A stretch of DNA of 61,612 nucleotides from an uncultured Rhodanobacteraceae bacterium (GTDB lineage Bacteria > Pseudomonadota > Gammaproteobacteria > Xanthomonadales > Rhodanobacteraceae): NCBI GenBank assembly GCA_964570295.1, contig CAZMXV010000001.1:1-61612 (forward strand). The letters are read 5' to 3'. The notes below the pieces were generated by a model, which was not told the DNA's origin, ran no database searches, and worked only from the letters and a program-made list of their open reading frames with translations. Of the stretch, positions 57,675 to 61,612 are shown piece by piece. The stretch's first letter is position 1, and each line of letters starts with the position of its first letter. Made by a program: the position numbers and the translations under genes.

Positions 57675-58286
57675 ATGACCGGATTGCGCCTCATCGTCGG
57701 GCTGGGCAACCCCGGTCCCGACTATCTCCGGACCCGGCACAACGCCGGGTTCTGGTTTGTCGATGCCCTGGCGCAGGACGCCGGGGGAGCATTCCGCAGC
57801 AACGGCAAGCTGCATGGCGAGGCCTGCCAGGTGTCGATCGGCGGCGAGCCGGTCTGGCTGCTCAAGCCGTCCACCTTCATGAACAAGAGCGGCATCGCCG
57901 TGGCCTCGGCGTTGCGCTACTACAAGATCGAACCGGAACAGTGCCTGGTCGCGCATGACGACCTGGACCTGCCGCCCGGCACGGCGCGTCTGAAGTTCGA
58001 CGGCGGCCACGGCGGCCAGAATGGCCTGCGCGACATCCTCGCGCACGTCGGCCACGGCAAGTTCCATCGCCTGCGCATCGGCATCGGTCATCCCGGCCAT
58101 CGCGACGGCGTGCTGAAATGGGTGCTGGGCCGGCCGTCCTCGACCGACGCGGACGCCATGCTCGACGCTGTCGCCGACGCGTCCGATGTGCTGCCGCTGG
58201 CCGTGGCAGGTGATTTCAATGAGGCGATGAAGCGGTTGCATACCAAAGAGCGGGACCGGGGACCGGGGACCGGGAACCGGTCTTGA
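57675..58286 (+). CDS. pth: Peptidyl-tRNA hydrolase
   Basis: IVGLGNPG..Y..TRHNAGF, KP.TFMN.SG, HDDLD, GGHGGQNGL, RLRIGIGHP. Confidence 0.97.
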   Translation: MTGLRLIVGLGNPGPDYLRTRHNAGFWFVDALAQDAGGAFRSNGKLHGEACQVSIGGEPVWLLKPSTFMNKSGIAVASALRYYKIEPEQCLVAHDDLDLPPGTARLKFDGGHGGQNGLRDILAHVGHGKFHRLRIGIGHPGHRDGVLKWVLGRPSSTDADAMLDAVADASDVLPLAVAGDFNEAMKRLHTKERDRGPGTGNRS

Positions 58287-58457
58287 ATGGAGCATCATGC
58301 TGGCGCCGGGGTGATGGCTTGCGCAAACGCTTTCCCGTACTGGTGTTTCAAGTGATTGATGCAATGGTGTGCTGGTGGATTGGTACGTCTGCTTTCCGAA
58401 GTCGGAGCCATTGAATCCGGCGATGGCGCTGTCGAAGAGCCGGTCCCCGGTCCCGGC
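58251..58457. repeat. Inverted pair of GGGACCG heptamer tandem arrays flanking a lower-GC core
   Basis: CGGGACCGGGGACCGGGGACCGGGAACCGG at 58251-58280 and CCGGTCCCCGGTCCCGG at about 58440-58456. Confidence 0.75.
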
Positions 58458-58493
58458 TTCAAAATCCCAAAACCTAGCTGGAGTCTCCCCATC

Positions 58494-59585
58494 ATGGGCA
58501 TCAAATGCGGCATCGTCGGTCTGCCCAACGTCGGCAAGTCCACACTGTTCAATGCACTGACCCGCGCCGGTATCGCCGCGGCCAACTTTCCCTTCTGCAC
58601 CATCGAACCCAACGTCGGCGTGGTGCCGGTGCCCGATCCGCGCCTGAACGAGCTGGCTGCCATCGTGAAGCCGCAGAAGCTGGTGCCCACGGCGGTCGAG
58701 TTCGTGGACATCGCCGGGCTGGTGGCCGGTGCCTCGAAGGGCGAGGGCCTGGGCAACAAGTTCCTGGCCCACATTCGTGAAGTGGATGCCGTGGCCCATG
58801 TGGTGCGCTGCTTCGAGGACGGCGACGTGGTGCACGTGGCCGGCAAGGTCGATCCCGTTGCCGACATCGAGACCATCGACACCGAGCTGGCCCTGGCTGA
58901 CCTGGAAACGGTGGAAAAGGCGCTGGCGCGCAACGAGCGCGCCGCCAAGGGCCAGGACAAGGATGCCATCGCGCGCAAGCCGGTGCTGGACAAGCTGGCC
59001 GGCGCGCTCGCCGAGGGCCGGGCCGCGCGCAGCGTGGACCTCGACGCCGAGGAAAGGGCGCTGGTGCGCGAGCTGTTCCTGCTCACCCTGAAGCCGCTGA
59101 TGTACATCGCCAACGTGCGTGACGACGGCTTCGAGGACAACCCGCACCTGGACGCCGTGCGCGCCCGTGCCGAGGCCGAGGGTGCCGAGGTGGTGCCGGT
59201 ATGCGCGGCCATCGAAGAGGAACTGATCGAGCTGGACGAAGCCGACCGCGAAGAGTTCCTGGCCGACCTGGGCCTGGCGGAGCCGGGTCTGAACCGCGTC
59301 ATCCGTGCCGCCTATCGCCTGCTGGGCCTGGAAACCTACTTCACCGCGGGCGTCAAGGAAGTGCGCGCCTGGACCGTGAAGAAGGGCTCCACCGCGCCGC
59401 AGGCCGCCGGCGTCATCCATACGGATTTCGAGAAGGGTTTCATCCGCGCCGAGACCGTCGGCTACGATGACTTCATCACGTACGGCGGCGAGGCGGGTGC
59501 CCGCGAGGCCGGCCGGCTGCGTACCGAGGGCAAGACCTACATCGTGCAGGAAGGTGACGTGCTGCACTTCCTGTTCAACGTCTGA
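58494..59585 (+). CDS. ychF: Ribosome-binding ATPase YchF
   Basis: [54 protein letters not shown]. Confidence 0.98.
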   Translation: MGIKCGIVGLPNVGKSTLFNALTRAGIAAANFPFCTIEPNVGVVPVPDPRLNELAAIVKPQKLVPTAVEFVDIAGLVAGASKGEGLGNKFLAHIREVDAVAHVVRCFEDGDVVHVAGKVDPVADIETIDTELALADLETVEKALARNERAAKGQDKDAIARKPVLDKLAGALAEGRAARSVDLDAEERALVRELFLLTLKPLMYIANVRDDGFEDNPHLDAVRARAEAEGAEVVPVCAAIEEELIELDEADREEFLADLGLAEPGLNRVIRAAYRLLGLETYFTAGVKEVRAWTVKKGSTAPQAAGVIHTDFEKGFIRAETVGYDDFITYGGEAGAREAGRLRTEGKTYIVQEGDVLHFLFNV

Positions 59586-59605
59586 TCTGATGCGGGAGTG
59601 CATGC

Positions 59606-60103
59606 ATGTCGGGACAGGACCACGAGGTGACATTCCGTTTCCTGGCTGAGCCGGGCGACGTCAATTTCGGCGGCAAGGTGCACGGCGGCATGGTCATGAA
59701 ATGGATCGACCAGGCCGGCTATGCGGCAGCCGTGGGCTGGGCCGGCACGTATTGCGTGACCGTGGCCGTGGGCGGCATCCAGTTCATGCAGCCGATCCAC
59801 ATCGGCGACCTGGTCAGCGTGCGCGCCCGGCTGGCGCACACGGGCTCCAGCAGCATGCATTTCGTGGTCGACGTGGTGGCGCGCCACCTCGAGACCGGCG
59901 TCGAGCGCCTGGCTACCAGTTGCGTCATCGTGTTCGTGTCCCTGGACGGCCCCGACGGCAAGCCCCGTCCGGTGCCGCCCTGGACGCCGCGCGACGAGGA
60001 AGAGGTTCGCCGGCGCGACTACGTCCTGAAGATGGCCGAGCTTTCGCATGCCATGGAGGCGGAAAGTCGCCGTCAGCAGCCTCCCGTCACGAGCGGACAC
60101 TGA
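59606..60103 (+). CDS. Acyl-CoA thioesterase (hotdog fold, YciA-like)
   Basis: DVNFGGKVHGG.VMKWID.A, CVT, PI.IGDLV. Confidence 0.9.
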   Translation: MSGQDHEVTFRFLAEPGDVNFGGKVHGGMVMKWIDQAGYAAAVGWAGTYCVTVAVGGIQFMQPIHIGDLVSVRARLAHTGSSSMHFVVDVVARHLETGVERLATSCVIVFVSLDGPDGKPRPVPPWTPRDEEEVRRRDYVLKMAELSHAMEAESRRQQPPVTSGH

Positions 60104-61154
60104 CATTCGGCTGCCCGGTGCCGCGCGGTACCGCGGGTGACGACCTCCAGAGGTGCTGCTCCAGCCAGCGTGGTGCGGTCACCGGGTTCAGCAAGCGTGC
60201 GACCGGGGCTGACGAAAGCGCCAGTGTCAGCACGACGGCGGTCGCCAGCAGGGTCGCCAGCAGGGCGGCATCCGGCCATGCCGCCCACAGCGCGAACAGG
60301 CCGCCACCCACCGCGGCCTTGATGACGAAGCCCTGCAGCACGTAGGCCCCCAGGCTGCGGGCTCCGAAGGCGGCGAACGGGCCGTGCCGGCGTGGCACCA
60401 GCGCCAGGAAGGCCAATGTGCCCGCCGCCGCCGTGGCCAGCAACAGCAGGCGGGTGGCCATGCCTGGCAGCAGGGAGCTGTCCAGGGCCGTATAGCCGTA
60501 GCTGCCGTACAACCAGCGCACATCGGGGTGCAGCCAGGCCATCACCACGAAAATGGCGGCCAGCGTTCCTGCCGCGGCCACACGCACGTGCGGGAAGCCG
60601 CTCATGGCACGCCATGCCCTTGCCCCGCCCCAGCCCAGCATGAACAGCGGGAAAAACACCAGCGTGCGCGACAGCGACAGGCTGTAACCGATGTCACCGA
60701 AGCATCCGGCCCCCACCGCTACGGCTACCGCGATCGCCATGCGGTACCGCAGGTGGGCGAACAGCGGCAGCATGCAGCGCCAGCAGGCCAGGCTGAGCAG
60801 ATACCACAGCAGCCAGTACGGCGTGATGAGGCTGGTGACGCCGTCGTCGGGCCACGCCGGCGACAGTGCGGCAAGGGCATACAGACCCTGGAACACCAGG
60901 TAGGGCCAGAGCAGCCGGAAACTCACGCTGCGCAACGCGCGCCCATCCAGTGCGGCGCGCGTCACCGCGCCCGAGAGAAATGCGAAGGCGGGCATATGGA
61001 AGGCGTAGATGAACCTGTACACGGCGGCCAGCCAGACGTGGCCATCCAGCAGCGGTTCCAGCAGGTGTCCGAAGACGACGAGGGTGATGAGCGCAAAACG
61101 CGCGTTGTCGAGCCACGGGTCGCGCCCGCGCGGGACAGGGGAGGGGACAGTCAT
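60087..61154 (-). CDS. Acyltransferase family 3 (OafA-like membrane O-acetyltransferase)
   Basis: RDPWLDNAR..LI.LVVFGH, IY.FHMPAF, PYWLLWYLLSL; about 10 TM. Confidence 0.88.
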   Translation of the reverse strand: MTVPSPVPRGRDPWLDNARFALITLVVFGHLLEPLLDGHVWLAAVYRFIYAFHMPAFAFLSGAVTRAALDGRALRSVSFRLLWPYLVFQGLYALAALSPAWPDDGVTSLITPYWLLWYLLSLACWRCMLPLFAHLRYRMAIAVAVAVGAGCFGDIGYSLSLSRTLVFFPLFMLGWGGARAWRAMSGFPHVRVAAAGTLAAIFVVMAWLHPDVRWLYGSYGYTALDSSLLPGMATRLLLLATAAAGTLAFLALVPRRHGPFAAFGARSLGAYVLQGFVIKAAVGGGLFALWAAWPDAALLATLLATAVVLTLALSSAPVARLLNPVTAPRWLEQHLWRSSPAVPRGTGQPNVSVRS

Positions 61155-61435
61155 GCGCCCACGGCATCCGATCCGGGTTTCAAATGGCGTATGCTGGATG
61201 TTCAAAAAACATTACATTGCCCGCATGGCCGCCACGACGGAGGCCTGCAGCGCGACACGCGGCGTTCATGTACCTGCCGCGGGGATGAATGCGGTGCCGC
61301 GGGCGGGAGGCGGCATGGGCGGAAGACCGGAGGCACCCGCTGTGGATCGTGACCGGAGCACGCCATTTCCCGTTGGCGTTCCACGGCTGCCGAAGGAAAA
61401 CGCCCGCGAATTTTCCTTCCGGCGGCAATTGAGTA

Positions 61436-61469
61436 TTGACAGTTCGCGGCTGGCCCACGAAAATGCCCG
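61436..61469 (+). promoter_or_regulatory. Sigma70 stable-RNA promoter for the tRNA-Tyr operon
   Basis: TTGACA-N17-GAAAAT followed by a GC-rich discriminator (GCCCG). Confidence 0.7.
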
Positions 61470-61567
61470 TCCTTTGCTGGACCGGTTCCCCGAATCCTCC
61501 GCGCCACGGTCGCCATGCCGCGACGGCGAAGCGGCTTCGGTGCCGGAACAGCAGGAAAAGATTTCCC

Positions 61568-61612
61568 GGAGGGATACCCAAGCGGCCAACGGGGGCAGAC
61601 TGTAAATCTGCT
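61568..61612 (+). tRNA. tRNA-Tyr (anticodon GTA), truncated by the window end
   Basis: GGAGGGATACCCAAGCGGCCAACGGGG then GCAGA-CTGTAAA-TCTGC anticodon arm. Confidence 0.92.

Noticed and set aside
57165-59633. 822-aa minus-strand ORF
   Set aside because: Antisense shadow of rplY, pth and ychF

Overview
A GC-rich (roughly 69% by eye) chromosomal segment of a gammaproteobacterium, most likely Xanthomonadales/Rhodanobacteraceae. That assignment is inferred from gene order (hemA-prfA divergent from TPR-lolB-ispE-tRNA-Gln-prs-rplY-pth-ychF, then tRNA-Tyr) and from the repeat styles. About 60 CDS are supportable, plus tRNA-Gln(TTG) and the 5' part of tRNA-Tyr(GTA). I see no CRISPR array, prophage, integrase or transposase. 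Items worth a second look: (1) a five-gene sigma54/PspF phage-shock operon whose two extra genes look like a second PspC split into separate halves; (2) a BlaI repressor, M56 protease::TonB-C fusion and TonB-C lipoprotein module with twin operators, upstream of an NlpC/P60 hydrolase; (3) an orphan 96-aa protein with its own sigma54 promoter and an SspB-like tail; (4) a methyltransferase, betaine-type ABC importer and D-amino-acid oxidoreductase cluster; (5) an RF1 with substitutions in the stop-codon reading head (HRVQR to HCVKR); (6) several distinct palindromic or tandem non-coding elements, including a nested 209-bp double inverted repeat. Product calls come from motif recognition only; no database searches were run. 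Start codons were adjusted by eye where the ORF track over-extends.
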